Shown: piece by piece, positions 1 through 11,781 of the stretch
Layout: each line of letters starts with the position of its first letter
How positions within the stretch are numbered: the first letter of the stretch is position 1
Source of the DNA: an uncultured Gemmatimonadales bacterium
GTDB taxonomy: Bacteria > Gemmatimonadota > Gemmatimonadetes > Gemmatimonadales > GWC2-71-9
Direction: 5' to 3'
Length of the DNA stretch: 64,000 nucleotides
Assembly (NCBI GenBank): GCA_963748815.1
Contig: CAVVKJ010000010.1
Coordinates: 704,001 to 768,000, forward strand
Position numbers and translations under genes: made by a program
Notes under the pieces: generated by a model
The model's input: the letters and a program-made list of their open reading frames with translations, nothing else
Databases searched by the model: none
What the model was told of the DNA's origin: nothing

Positions 1-714
1 GATGCCGCCAAGCGGGCCAGCGCGGCCCGGGTCACACCGGTCATCCCCTACTTCGGGTATGCCCGGCAGGACCGGAAGGATCAGCCGCGGGTGGCCATCA
101 GCGCGCGACTGATCGCCAACATGGTGTCGATGGCTGGGGCGGACCGGGTGCTGGGCATGGATTTTCACCAGCACCAGATGCAGGGGTTCTTCGACATCCC
201 GGTGGACCATCTCTACGCGGCGCCGGCGTTCGTGAACCACTTCCGGCAGAAGCGGCTGAAGGATCCGGTGGTCGTGGCGCCCGACGTCGGCTCCGCCAAG
301 ATGGCCCGCGGGTTCGCCAAGCGGCTGAACGCCACGCTCGCCATCATCGACAAGCGGCGGCCCTCGGCCAACATCGCCGAGGTGGTCAACGTCGTCGGCG
401 ACGTGAAGGACCGGGACTGCGTCATCCCGGACGACATGATCGACACCGCGGGCACCATGTCGGAAGCGGTGCACGCGCTGAAGCGGCTCGGGGCCAACGA
501 CGTGTACTGCTGCGCCACCCACGCCCTGCTGTCGGGGCCGGCGGTCGAGCGGCTGAGCGCGTCGCCGGTCAAGGAAGTGGTGGTCACCAACACGATCGCC
601 ATTCCGCCCGAGCGGCATTTCAAGCAGTTGACCGTTCTCTCGGTCGCCGGCCTCCTGGCCAAGGCGATCGGTTACACCCACAGCGACCAGTCGGTCAGCT
701 CGCTGTTTGACTGA
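1..714 (+). CDS. prs: Ribose-phosphate pyrophosphokinase (5'-partial)
   Basis: Frame open from base 1: DAAKRASAARVTPVIPYFGYARQDRKD, VVAPDVGS, DDMIDTAGT PRPP-binding motif; precedes rplY-pth. Confidence 0.97.
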   Translation, partial: DAAKRASAARVTPVIPYFGYARQDRKDQPRVAISARLIANMVSMAGADRVLGMDFHQHQMQGFFDIPVDHLYAAPAFVNHFRQKRLKDPVVVAPDVGSAKMARGFAKRLNATLAIIDKRRPSANIAEVVNVVGDVKDRDCVIPDDMIDTAGTMSEAVHALKRLGANDVYCCATHALLSGPAVERLSASPVKEVVVTNTIAIPPERHFKQLTVLSVAGLLAKAIGYTHSDQSVSSLFD

Positions 715-758
715 TTGAGGACGCCGCCTCGGCGCCCATTACCTCGAAGGATCGGACT

Positions 759-1418
759 ATGGCACAACAGGTGAATCTCGCGGCGGCCTCCCGCCCACAG
801 ACTGGTACCGGCGCCGCCCGCGCGCTCCGTCGCGCAGGCCAGGTGCCCGCGGTCATTTACGGCCACGGCCGTGAGCCCGAGCCGCTCGCCATCGACGCCG
901 GCGTGCTGTCGCGGCTCCTGCCCACGATGACGGCCAGCACCATCCTCGACGTCACCGTCGACGGGCGCGCGCCGATCAAGGCGCTCCTGCGCGACCTGCA
1001 GCGGCACGCCCTGCGCTCCTCGACCATCGTGCATCTCGACCTCTACGAGATCCACGCCGACGAGGAAGTCGACGTGCGGGTGGCCATCCACCTCCTCGGC
1101 GTGCCGGACGGCGTCCGGAACTTCGGCGGCGTGCTCGACTTCGTGCATCGCGACGTCGAAATCCGGGTCCTGCCCGGCGACATCCCGGCGGGCATCGACG
1201 TCGACGTGACGAACCTGGCCATCGGGCATTCCATCTTCGTCCGCGACCTCGTGCTGGCCAAGGGCGAGATTCTCGACGACGCCAACGTGCCGGTCTGCAC
1301 GGTCGTCGCGCCGCGCGTCGAAGAGACCGCCGTCCCGGTGACCGAGGACGCCACGGTCGAGCCCGAGTTGATCCGCAAGGCGAAGGCCGAGGACGACGAG
1401 GGCGACGACAAGGAGTAA
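759..1418 (+). CDS. rplY: 50S ribosomal protein L25/Ctc (long form)
   Basis: ARALRRAGQVPAVIYGHG, HLDLY, long C-terminal domain; prs-rplY-pth synteny. Confidence 0.96.
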   Translation: MAQQVNLAAASRPQTGTGAARALRRAGQVPAVIYGHGREPEPLAIDAGVLSRLLPTMTASTILDVTVDGRAPIKALLRDLQRHALRSSTIVHLDLYEIHADEEVDVRVAIHLLGVPDGVRNFGGVLDFVHRDVEIRVLPGDIPAGIDVDVTNLAIGHSIFVRDLVLAKGEILDDANVPVCTVVAPRVEETAVPVTEDATVEPELIRKAKAEDDEGDDKE

Positions 1419-1422
1419 GGCC

Positions 1423-1992
1423 CTGCGCGCCATTCTCGGACTCGGGAACCCGGGTCCTGAATACGAGCGGACCCGCCACAACGCGGGGTTCGTCCTGGCC
1501 GATCACCTGGCGCGGCGCTGGGGTTTTGGGGCGTTTCGACGCGGCGAGCGGGCCCGCGAAGTCAGCGGCCGGCGCGACGGCACGGAGATCCGGCTGATCA
1601 AGCCGACGACCTACATGAACCGGAGCGGGGCGGCACTCGCCCCGCTTCGCGCGTTTCCGGGATTTGACCCCGCGCGGGACCTGCTGGTGCTGGTGGACGA
1701 CGTGGCGCTCCCCGCGGGCCGGTTTCGCCTGCGAGGCGCCGGCACGGCGGGTGGGCACAACGGGCTCAAGAGCGTCGAAGGGGCGTTGCTGCGTCAGGAC
1801 TACGCCCGCCTCCGGATCGGCGTCGGCCCCCTGCCCCCCGACGGCCGCGACCTCGCGGACTTCGTCCTCGACGAATTTGCGGGCGACGAGTGGGACATCC
1901 TCACGGCATTGCTCGACCCGATGGCGGACGCCGTCGAGTGCTGGCTGGCTGAAGGCATCGAGCCGGCCATGAACCGATATAACGGAGGCTGA
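1423..1992 (+). CDS. pth: Peptidyl-tRNA hydrolase, probable CTG start
   Basis: In-frame extension upstream of the ORF call gives (M)[21 protein letters not shown], then [33 protein letters not shown] at 1410-1415. Confidence 0.93.
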   Translation: MRAILGLGNPGPEYERTRHNAGFVLADHLARRWGFGAFRRGERAREVSGRRDGTEIRLIKPTTYMNRSGAALAPLRAFPGFDPARDLLVLVDDVALPAGRFRLRGAGTAGGHNGLKSVEGALLRQDYARLRIGVGPLPPDGRDLADFVLDEFAGDEWDILTALLDPMADAVECWLAEGIEPAMNRYNGG

Positions 1993-4043
<2,051 letters not shown>

Positions 4044-4172
4044 GCGGGGAAGCGGGGAAGCGGGGAAGCGGGGAAGCGGGAACGAAGGTTGAGTTCGCGG
4101 GAGACATCGCAAGGGGCAACCGGAATCCGGTTGCCCCTTTGCTTTTACTTCCCCGCGTCCCCGCTTCCCCGC
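4044..4172. repeat. GCGGGGAA octamer tandem repeat (4 perfect + 1 partial) with 3 inverted copies
   Basis: GCGGGGAA x4 at 4044-4075; TTCCCCGC/GTCCCCGC/TTCCCCGC at 4149-4172. Confidence 0.85.
4111..4146. terminator. Probable intrinsic terminator between convergent hppA and korB, possibly bidirectional
   Basis: 13-bp perfect stem AAGGGGCAACCGG-aat-CCGGTTGCCCCTT followed by TGCTTTT. Confidence 0.75.
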
Positions 4173-4179
4173 CCTGCCC

Positions 4180-5184
4180 CTAGACCTTCCACGTCTTCCC
4201 CTGCATCAGCAGCGCCTTGATATCGGGTGCGCCGGTGGGCTGCTTCGCGTAGACCGCCGCGGTATAGCTCTGGACCGGGTCGGCGTAGAGCACGCCGAGG
4301 GCGACCGGGAACGGCGGGGTGAGGGCGGCAAGCATCCCGGCCAGCGTCCGGTTGGTCTCGTCGTGGACCAGGATGTCCTCCATCGAGACGCCCCCCTCCC
4401 CGAGGGTCACCACCTCGAGCGCGATGTTCGAGGGATCGAATCGCAGCCCCTGCTGCCGTCCCTTCCCGAAGAGGAGCGGCTGGCCGTGGACCAGGTGCAG
4501 TTGGCGCTCTTCCGCCACCGCCCGGTCGGTGAACTCGTCGAAGACACCGTCGTTGAAGACCAGGCAGTTCTGGAAGATTTCCACGAACGACGCCCCGCGG
4601 TTGGCATGCGCCCGCTTCAACACGTCGATGAGCTGGGCCTGCTGGGTATCGATGCCGCGCGCGACGAACCGGCCGCCGGCGCCGAGCGCGAACGTGGCGG
4701 CGGAGAGCGGCCGCTCGATGGATCCCCCCGGCGAGGTCGGGCTCTTCGTGCCCGTCCGCGACGTCGGCGAATACTGTCCCTTGGTGAGCCCGTAGATCTC
4801 GTTGTTGAAGAGGATGATCTGCAGGTCCACGTTCCGGCGGAGCACGTGCAGCATGTGGTTCCCGCCGATCGAGAGTCCGTCGCCGTCGCCCGTCATGACC
4901 CACACGTCGAGTTCAGGATTCGCGAGCTTCACCCCCGTCGCGATGGCGGGCGCGCGTCCGTGCACCGTGTGGAAGCCGTAGGTCGACATGTAGTAGGGAA
5001 ATCGCGACGAGCAGCCGATCCCCGAAACGAAGACGGTGTTCTCCCGCCGGGAGCCGATCTCGGCCAGCGCCTTCTGCACCGCCTTCAGGATGGCGTAGTC
5101 GCCGCAGCCCGGGCACCAGCGGACCTCCTGGTCGGAGGCGAAGTCCTTTGGCTGCAGCTTGACGAGCGTCGGGGTCGCGGTCAT
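4180..5184 (-). CDS. korB: 2-oxoacid:ferredoxin oxidoreductase beta subunit
   Basis: WCPGCGD, SGIGCSS, GDGDGLSIGGNH TPP motif, NNEIYGLTKGQYSPT. Confidence 0.93.
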   Translation of the reverse strand: MTATPTLVKLQPKDFASDQEVRWCPGCGDYAILKAVQKALAEIGSRRENTVFVSGIGCSSRFPYYMSTYGFHTVHGRAPAIATGVKLANPELDVWVMTGDGDGLSIGGNHMLHVLRRNVDLQIILFNNEIYGLTKGQYSPTSRTGTKSPTSPGGSIERPLSAATFALGAGGRFVARGIDTQQAQLIDVLKRAHANRGASFVEIFQNCLVFNDGVFDEFTDRAVAEERQLHLVHGQPLLFGKGRQQGLRFDPSNIALEVVTLGEGGVSMEDILVHDETNRTLAGMLAALTPPFPVALGVLYADPVQSYTAAVYAKQPTGAPDIKALLMQGKTWKV

Positions 5185-7082
5185 GCGGCACCTCCCTTCC
5201 CATTGCCACGGGTCCGTTCCATGATCGCCGCGAGGATGGTGGAAACCTTGAAGGGCTTCCCGTTGACCTGGCTGAACCGCTCGGCCGGGAGGAGATACGC
5301 GGCGCGGAGGAGGGTCACCAGCTGCCCGTTGTTCATCTCTGGCACCAGGATCTTGTCGAACCGCTTGAGCAGGTCGCCCAGGTTCCTGGGGAACGGCGAG
5401 ATGTACCGGAGGTGAATGTGCGACACCCGCCGGCCCTCGGCCCGCGCCCGCTGCACCGCCATGTGAATCGGCCCGAATGTGGACCCCCAGCCGACCACCG
5501 CGAGTTCGCCGCTGTCCTCTCCCTGGTTCACCGCCTGTTCGGGAATGTCATCGGCGATGCGGGCCACCTTGGCCGCGCGCGCCTCCGTCATCCTCGCATG
5601 ATTGTCGGGGTCGTAGGAGATGTCCCCGGTCTCGGCGTTCCGTTCGATGCCACCGATTCGGTGCTCCAGTCCCGGCGTGCCCGGACGCGCCCATGGCCGC
5701 GCCAGAGTGGCGGGGTCGCGCTGGAAGGGCTGGAACCCTTCGGCATCGGTGCGGTAGCTCACGGGAAAGGTGGGCAACGCATCGGCGTCGGGGATTCGCC
5801 AGGGCTCGGCGGCGTTCGTCAGGTACCCGTCGGTCAGCAGGAACACCGGCGTCATGTACTTGGTGGCCAGCCGGACGGCCTCCATGGCGACCTCAAAGGC
5901 ATCCGCGGAGGTCGCGGCCGCGAGGACCGGCAGAGGCGCGTCGCCGTTCCGGCCCAGCACGGCCTGGAAGAGGTCGGACTGCTCGGTCTTCGTGGGTAGC
6001 CCGGTGGAGGGTCCGGCCCGCTGTGCGTCGATCACGATGAGCGGGAGTTCCGTGGCAATGGCCAGTCCGAGCGCCTCGGTCTTGAGGGCAATCCCCGGCC
6101 CCGAGGACGAGGTCACGCCGAGGGAACCGGCAAAGGAGGCGCCGATGGCGGCGCAGATGGCGGCAATTTCGTCTTCGGCCTGGAAGGTGACCACCCCGTG
6201 CGCACGGAGACCGGTCAGCGCGTGCAGGACTGGCGAGGCCGGGGTGATCGGGTAGCCCGCGAACACCATGCGCTCGATGCCGGCGGCCTTGAGCCCCGCG
6301 AGCAGCCCCCAGGCCACGGCCTCCGTGCCGCTGATGGTCCGGTAGGTACCGGGTTCCGCCGGCGCCGGACCGATCGCGACCGGCCGGAGGAAGTTCGGAA
6401 GTTCGGCCGTCTCACCGAAGGCGTGCCCGGCGTTCAGCACCGCGACGTTGGCCGCCGCGATGGCGGGGTCCTTTCCGAACTTCCGCTCGATCCAGTCGGT
6501 GGTAGTCTTCCGCTCGCGGTCGTACAGCCAGAGCACCAGTCCCAGCGCCCACATGTTGCGGGAGCGCGCGGTCTGCTTGGAGGTCAGGCCGAGACCATCC
6601 ACGGCCGCCTCGGTCAGCCGCCCGATGTCGAGGGGAAGGACCGAGAAATCGGACAGGGTGCCGTCCTCGAGCGGATTCTTCGCGTATCCGGCCTTGAGGA
6701 GGTTGCGCTCGGTGAACGCGCCCTTGTCGACGATCAGGGTCCCGCCCCGCCGGAGGTCGCCGACGTTGGTGATCAGCGCCGCCGGGTTCATCGCGACCAG
6801 GACGTCGAGGTCGTCGCCGGCGGTGGCCACTTCCACCGACCCGAAGTGGATCTGGAACGCCGAGACCCCGAAGGTGGTGCCGACGGGGGCCCGGATCTCC
6901 GCCGGAAAGTCGGGAAAGGTGGCCAGGTCGCTGCCGGCGAGCGCCGTTTCCATGGCGAACCGGGCCCCGGTGATCTGCATGCCGTCGCCGGAATCGCCGG
7001 CAAACCGGACGACCGCCTGCTCGCGCCGCGCGGGCGTACCGGCCGCATTGGCCCCGCCAGGAACGCTGGTTGTCGATGACAT
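5181..7082 (-). CDS. korA: 2-oxoacid:ferredoxin oxidoreductase alpha subunit with fused gamma domain
   Basis: RFAGDSGDGMQ, YPITPA, QAEDE, QRAGPSTGLPTKTEQSD; start placed at MSSTTS. Confidence 0.92.
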   Translation of the reverse strand: MSSTTSVPGGANAAGTPARREQAVVRFAGDSGDGMQITGARFAMETALAGSDLATFPDFPAEIRAPVGTTFGVSAFQIHFGSVEVATAGDDLDVLVAMNPAALITNVGDLRRGGTLIVDKGAFTERNLLKAGYAKNPLEDGTLSDFSVLPLDIGRLTEAAVDGLGLTSKQTARSRNMWALGLVLWLYDRERKTTTDWIERKFGKDPAIAAANVAVLNAGHAFGETAELPNFLRPVAIGPAPAEPGTYRTISGTEAVAWGLLAGLKAAGIERMVFAGYPITPASPVLHALTGLRAHGVVTFQAEDEIAAICAAIGASFAGSLGVTSSSGPGIALKTEALGLAIATELPLIVIDAQRAGPSTGLPTKTEQSDLFQAVLGRNGDAPLPVLAAATSADAFEVAMEAVRLATKYMTPVFLLTDGYLTNAAEPWRIPDADALPTFPVSYRTDAEGFQPFQRDPATLARPWARPGTPGLEHRIGGIERNAETGDISYDPDNHARMTEARAAKVARIADDIPEQAVNQGEDSGELAVVGWGSTFGPIHMAVQRARAEGRRVSHIHLRYISPFPRNLGDLLKRFDKILVPEMNNGQLVTLLRAAYLLPAERFSQVNGKPFKVSTILAAIMERTRGNGKGGAA

Positions 7083-7192
7083 TAGGCCCGCCTTGTCTGG
7101 GGGGAGCGTCTGCACTCGAATTGTATCCACGAGGCCCCGTGCCGCGCCAGCGCCCCGCTTCCATTGGGGGCCCTTCCCTGCGATAATTCCGC

Positions 7193-8290
7193 GTGCTCAG
7201 ACTCGGTATTGTCGGTCTTCCGAACGTCGGTAAGTCCACGCTCTTCAACGCCCTGACCTCCGCCGGGGCGCTGGTGGCCAACTACCCCTTTGCCACCATC
7301 GAGCCGAACACCGGCGTCGTCCAGGTGCCGGATCCGCGGCTGGACGCCATCGCCACCTTCGTCAAGCCCGAACGCACCCTCGCCGCCACCGTCGAGTTCC
7401 TGGACATTGCGGGGCTGGTCAAGGGCGCCAGCCAGGGCGAGGGGCTCGGCAACCAGTTCCTCGCGAACATCCGCGAGGTGGATGCGGTGGTGCACGTGGT
7501 CCGGTGCTTCGAGAACGACGACATCCAGCACGTGATGGGGAGCGTCGACCCGGCCCGGGACCGCGAGATCATCAACATCGAACTGGGCCTGGCCGACCTC
7601 GCGTCCGTCGAGAAGCGGCTGGACAAGGCGGCGCGGACCGCCAAGTCAGGCGACGCCCAGGCCAAGATCGAGGTCCGCCTGCTCGACGCGCTGCGCACCG
7701 CGCTCGCCGCGGGCCGGCCCGCCCGGTCGGTGGTCCCCGCCCCCGAGGACGCCGCCGTCTACCGGGCGTTCAATCTCCTCACCGCCAAGCCGGTGCTCTA
7801 CGCCGCGAACGTCGGTGAGCAGGAAATCAACGCCGGCAACGCCCACGTCGCGGCGCTGCAGGCAGCGCTGACGCGGGATGGGGAGCCGGCGGAAGTCGTG
7901 ACCTTTTCCGCCCAGGTGGAGGCGGAGTTGGCGGAACTCGCCCCGGAAGACCGCGCGGAGTTCCTCGAGTCGCTCGGCCTGTCTGAATCGGGGCTCGACC
8001 GCTTGGCGCACGCCGCCTATCACCTCCTCGGCCTGCAAAGCTACTTCACAGCGGGCGAGAAGGAGGTCCGCGCCTGGACCATTCACAAGGGCGACCGGGC
8101 ACCCCAGGCCGCCGGGGTCATCCACTCCGATTTCGAGCACGGCTTCATCCGGGCGGAGACGGTGGCCTACGACGATTTCGTCCGGGTCGGTGGATGGAAG
8201 CCCGCCCGCGAGCAGGGGCTCGCCCGCGCGGAGGGCAAGGAATATGTCGTCCAGGATGGCGACGTGATGCTCTTTCGGTTCAACGTCTAG
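7193..8290 (+). CDS. ychF: Redox-regulated ATPase YchF
   Basis: GIVGLPNVGKSTLFNAL, DIAGLVKGAS, EGKEYVVQDGDV. Confidence 0.97.
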   Translation: MLRLGIVGLPNVGKSTLFNALTSAGALVANYPFATIEPNTGVVQVPDPRLDAIATFVKPERTLAATVEFLDIAGLVKGASQGEGLGNQFLANIREVDAVVHVVRCFENDDIQHVMGSVDPARDREIINIELGLADLASVEKRLDKAARTAKSGDAQAKIEVRLLDALRTALAAGRPARSVVPAPEDAAVYRAFNLLTAKPVLYAANVGEQEINAGNAHVAALQAALTRDGEPAEVVTFSAQVEAELAELAPEDRAEFLESLGLSESGLDRLAHAAYHLLGLQSYFTAGEKEVRAWTIHKGDRAPQAAGVIHSDFEHGFIRAETVAYDDFVRVGGWKPAREQGLARAEGKEYVVQDGDVMLFRFNV

Positions 8291-8302
8291 GAGAACACAC
8301 AT

Positions 8303-9016
8303 ATGACCAGTCCATTCGGCGCCGCCCAGGGGCGCACCGGATTCGTTTCCGATGTCGACAGCGCCCGCGTTGCCACTTTCATGCGCGGTGTCTACTGGTG
8401 GATGTTCGGCGGCCTCGGCGTCACGGCCACCGTGGCGCTGGCCGTCGCCAGTTCGCCGGCGGCGATGAGCACCCTGATCAGCAACAAGCTGCTCTTCTTC
8501 GGCGTCATCATCGCCGAACTGGTCCTGGTGGTCTATCTGTCCGCCCGGGTGGCCAAGATGTCGCCCTCCACCGCAGGCACGCTCTTCCTGGCCTACTCGG
8601 CGCTCAACGGCGTCACCTTCGCGATCATCCTGCTGGCGTATACCGGCGCATCGGTGGCCAACGCCTTCTTTGTCACCGCGGGAATGTTCGGCGCGCTCGC
8701 CGTCTACGGCAGCGTGACGAAGCGCGACCTGACCGGCATGGGCCGGTTCATGTTCATGGGCCTGATCGGGCTGGTGCTGGCGAGCGTGGTGAGCATCTTC
8801 TGGCAGAACAACGCCATGAACTTCGTGATGGGCGTGGTGGGGGTCCTGGTCTTCTCGGGGCTAATCGCCTACGACACCCAGCGCCTGCGGGCCATGGCCC
8901 TCCAGGTCTCGGGCGAGCAGACCGGCTCGTATGCCGTCCTCGGCGCGCTGAGCCTCTACCTCAACTTCATCAACCTCTTCCTCTCCCTCCTCCGGCTCTT
9001 CGGCGACCGCCGGTAG
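8303..9016 (+). CDS. Bax inhibitor-1/YccA family membrane protein
   Basis: About 7 TM helices, AYDTQRL, ALSLYLNFINLF. Confidence 0.9.
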   Translation: MTSPFGAAQGRTGFVSDVDSARVATFMRGVYWWMFGGLGVTATVALAVASSPAAMSTLISNKLLFFGVIIAELVLVVYLSARVAKMSPSTAGTLFLAYSALNGVTFAIILLAYTGASVANAFFVTAGMFGALAVYGSVTKRDLTGMGRFMFMGLIGLVLASVVSIFWQNNAMNFVMGVVGVLVFSGLIAYDTQRLRAMALQVSGEQTGSYAVLGALSLYLNFINLFLSLLRLFGDRR

Positions 9017-9022
9017 GGGATC

Positions 9023-9682
9023 TCAGCGGGCGGGCGCGGCGGCCGACAGGGTGCCGCGCCAGCTCTCGCTCAGCGCCGGACAGGCCGCAAGCCGGAGACA
9101 CTCCTCCCGGCGACGGGACCGCTCGACCATGAGCTCCGACGCGAGATAGACCGGCCACTGCGGGTACGGCCGGTCCACCAGCGTCACCGCCATCCCCCCC
9201 TCCACCCAGCCTTCGGTGAGCACCCGGAGGTACCATCCGGTTCGCAGGTCCTCCTGCACCAGCTTGACCATGTCCTTCCGGTGAAAGCGCCGATTGAGCG
9301 TGGCGCAGGGCTGCCGCGGTTGCGACACCTCCACCCGGGCCTGCCCGATGGCAAACCGGTCGCCGACGCACACCGTCCGCTCCTCCGCGCCGTCGATCGT
9401 GAGATTCTCCCCAAACCACCCCGGGCCGACGTCGGTCCGACCCAGCACCTCGCGCCACCCGGCATAGTGCCCGGCGGCGTAGGCCAGGACCGCCTTGTCG
9501 GGCCCGCCGTGCACCGTCCGGTCAGCCTGCATGTCCCCGGCGACCCCCAGCCGGCCCACCCAGACCGCGCCGGACACTGGCTGTTTGGCGATGGCGCTGG
9601 TCCACGGCCGGTCGAGCGGTTCGTCGGCCCCTTCGGCCCCGTAGGAACGGGGGACGCCGACTTGAATTGAGCGGAGGATCAT
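9023..9682 (-). CDS. MOSC domain protein (YiiM-like)
   Basis: HGGPDKAV, FGENLT, VSQPRQPC, RTGWYLRVL. Confidence 0.9.
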   Translation of the reverse strand: MILRSIQVGVPRSYGAEGADEPLDRPWTSAIAKQPVSGAVWVGRLGVAGDMQADRTVHGGPDKAVLAYAAGHYAGWREVLGRTDVGPGWFGENLTIDGAEERTVCVGDRFAIGQARVEVSQPRQPCATLNRRFHRKDMVKLVQEDLRTGWYLRVLTEGWVEGGMAVTLVDRPYPQWPVYLASELMVERSRRREECLRLAACPALSESWRGTLSAAAPAR

Positions 9683-9707
9683 GCGGGGAAGATAAGGGGG
9701 CCGCCCT

Positions 9708-9736
9708 TTGACTCAAGTCCGCGTCGCGACTATACT
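9708..9736 (+). promoter_or_regulatory. Sigma-70 promoter of the rpsF operon
   Basis: TTGACT (9708-9713), 17-nt spacer, TATACT (9731-9736). Confidence 0.8.
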
Positions 9737-9751
9737 TCCCCGCTCACAATA

Positions 9752-9803
9752 CTCCTCCTCAGCCCCACACCAGGGCTGGGGCAACAGTCCAAAGGAAGGT
9801 GTC
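9752..9803 (+). promoter_or_regulatory. Putative S6:S18 autoregulatory leader RNA
   Basis: CTCCT anti-SD segment, AGCCC/GGGCT hairpin, then CCAAAGGAAGG SD before rpsF; layout resembles known rpsF leaders. Confidence 0.45.
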
Positions 9804-10145
9804 ATGACCCGTCAGTATGAAGCGGTCTATATCTTCGATTCTGCCCTCGAAGAGCCCGCAATCAACGAACGCCTCGAGCGGTTCCACGCGCTTCTGGCCC
9901 AGCCCGACACCGAGGCGCCGCAGCTGTCCCATTGGGGCAAGCGGACCTTGGCCTACCCGATCAACCGCCACGAAACCGGCTACTACGTCATTGCCAAGCT
10001 CGCGACCGCGCCCACGGCGCTGCCGGAGTTCGAGCGCGCCGTCAAGCTCGACGAAGGCGTGCTGCGGTTCCTGATCGTGACGAACGAAGGCCCCCAGCCG
10101 GTTCCGCCCAACGCCGACAAGGGTGACGGGGAGGACGACGAATGA
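9804..10145 (+). CDS. rpsF: 30S ribosomal protein S6
   Basis: MTRQYEAVYIFD, WGKRTLAYPI, VLRFLIV. Confidence 0.96.
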   Translation: MTRQYEAVYIFDSALEEPAINERLERFHALLAQPDTEAPQLSHWGKRTLAYPINRHETGYYVIAKLATAPTALPEFERAVKLDEGVLRFLIVTNEGPQPVPPNADKGDGEDDE

Positions 10146-10363
10146 GGCGCCCACAGAAGAGCTGCTCGATTTGTGAGTCTGGCGTGCGCGTCGTCGACTT
10201 CAAGGACGAGCGGACGCTCTCCCGGTTCCTGTCCGAGCGCGGCAAGATCCTGCCGAGCCGCCTCTCGGGCACCTGCGCGCGGCACCAGCGCCAGCTGAGC
10301 ACCGCCATCAAGCGGGCGCGTGTCCTGGCGCTGCTGCCGTACCTGAAGGGCCACGGCGGCTGA
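10142..10363 (+). CDS. rpsR: 30S ribosomal protein S18 (Zn-binding form)
   Basis: CSIC, SERGKILPSRLSGTCARHQR, AIKRAR. Confidence 0.97.
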   Translation: MRRPQKSCSICESGVRVVDFKDERTLSRFLSERGKILPSRLSGTCARHQRQLSTAIKRARVLALLPYLKGHGG

Positions 10364-10395
10364 CCGTCCCGGGTGGGCGGCCTCCGGAGGGACAG

Positions 10396-11325
10396 GTGCT
10401 GTCCTTCCGGGCCCGCCTCGCAGTGGCAGCGTTTGTCCTGTTCACCTGGCCGGTCATGACAGCGTTTCTTTTCGGCCCGCTCGCCGTGCTCGTCGCGGCG
10501 AGCCGGCCACAGGGCCGGCGGGCGTGGATCTGGCTGATGGCCCTGCTGCTCTGGCTCTCGCTCTGGGCTGCGCAGCCTGGAGGACTCCTGGAGGAGCTGG
10601 TCCGGGCGGCGGGGGTACTGTCCACCGGCATCGGGGTGCTCTTTCTGCTTTTCTCCGCCGGGTCGGTTTCCACCCGGGCACTCCGGGGCACGGCGGCGGT
10701 CGTGGTTTCCACGGTCGGGTTGTCGCGTCTGGTGGGGTTGCACTGGGGCGACGTGGTGCGGGCAGTCGTGCAGCAGGGGATGATGGCCCAGCGTGCCGCC
10801 ACCGATTTGCTGAGCCGCGGGGGCTCGCCCCCCGACGACGCCACCCGGGAGGCGCTGCAGACGCTCGGCGAGGGTCTGCGCCCAATGGCGCCGTTCTTCC
10901 CCGGCCTGCTGGCCCTGATGCTCTTTGCGGGGCTTTGTCTCGCGGCGCTGCTGGCCCCACGGATCGCCGGCCGGTCGGTCGCCCCCATCCCGGGGCGGTT
11001 CGACGACTTCCGGTTCAGCGATCACCTCGTTTGGCTGATCATCGTCGGCCTGGTGGGAATCCTCTTCGCCAGCTCGACGCCGATCGGTGGCCCGTCGGCA
11101 AGCCTGCTGGCATTCGGCGTCGGCTTGTATGCCCTGCGCGGCTCGGCGGTGCTCGCCACCGCGCTTCGCGCCGCCCCGCGCCTCTTTATCGTGCTGCTCG
11201 TCGTTGGTGCGTTGTTCCTGTTGCCGTTCGCCGTCGGGGGGCTGGCCCTCCTCGGCCTGGCCGATACCTGGCTCGACTTCCGGCGGCGCATGGCGCCGCC
11301 GCTTTCCGGAGGGTTGGACCGATGA
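10396..11325 (+). CDS. DUF2232/YybS-family membrane protein
   Basis: Multi-TM protein ending LGLADTWLDFRRR; typical position between rpsR and rplI. Confidence 0.8.
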   Translation: MLSFRARLAVAAFVLFTWPVMTAFLFGPLAVLVAASRPQGRRAWIWLMALLLWLSLWAAQPGGLLEELVRAAGVLSTGIGVLFLLFSAGSVSTRALRGTAAVVVSTVGLSRLVGLHWGDVVRAVVQQGMMAQRAATDLLSRGGSPPDDATREALQTLGEGLRPMAPFFPGLLALMLFAGLCLAALLAPRIAGRSVAPIPGRFDDFRFSDHLVWLIIVGLVGILFASSTPIGGPSASLLAFGVGLYALRGSAVLATALRAAPRLFIVLLVVGALFLLPFAVGGLALLGLADTWLDFRRRMAPPLSGGLDR

Positions 11326-11768
11326 TGGAAGTAATCCTGCGCGACGACATCAAAACGCTTGGCAAGGCTGGAGATCTCGTCCGCGTGAAGCCGGGCTACG
11401 CCCGCAACTTCCTGCTGCCGAAGGGGCTCGCCTACGAGGCCACCGAGGGCAACAAGAAGCGGATCGTCGCCGAGACCAAGGCGCGGAACGTCCGCCTCGC
11501 CGCCGAGAAGGACGCGGCCGTGGCCGCCGCGGCCGGCATCTCGGCTGTGCTGCTCACCTTCACCCGCAAGGCGGGGGAAGAGGGGAAGCTGTTCGGCTCG
11601 ATCACGTCGCAGGACATCGCCGACAGCCTCGCCAGCCAGGGGCAGACCGTGGACAAGCGAAAGATCGAGCTCACCCATCCGATCAAGACCGTGGGCGAGC
11701 ACACCGTCATCGTCCGCCTCCACCCCGAGGTGCACGCCGACGTCCGCGTGACGGTTGTCGCAGAATAA
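11322..11768 (+). CDS. rplI: 50S ribosomal protein L9
   Basis: MEVILRDDIKTLGKAGDLVRVKPGYARNFLLPKG, GKLFGSIT. Confidence 0.97.
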   Translation: MMEVILRDDIKTLGKAGDLVRVKPGYARNFLLPKGLAYEATEGNKKRIVAETKARNVRLAAEKDAAVAAAAGISAVLLTFTRKAGEEGKLFGSITSQDIADSLASQGQTVDKRKIELTHPIKTVGEHTVIVRLHPEVHADVRVTVVAE

Positions 11769-11781
11769 GGAGCGCCCGCCG

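Noticed and set aside
4044..4082. CRISPR array
   Set aside because: Units are 8 nt with no spacers, and there are no cas genes in the window.
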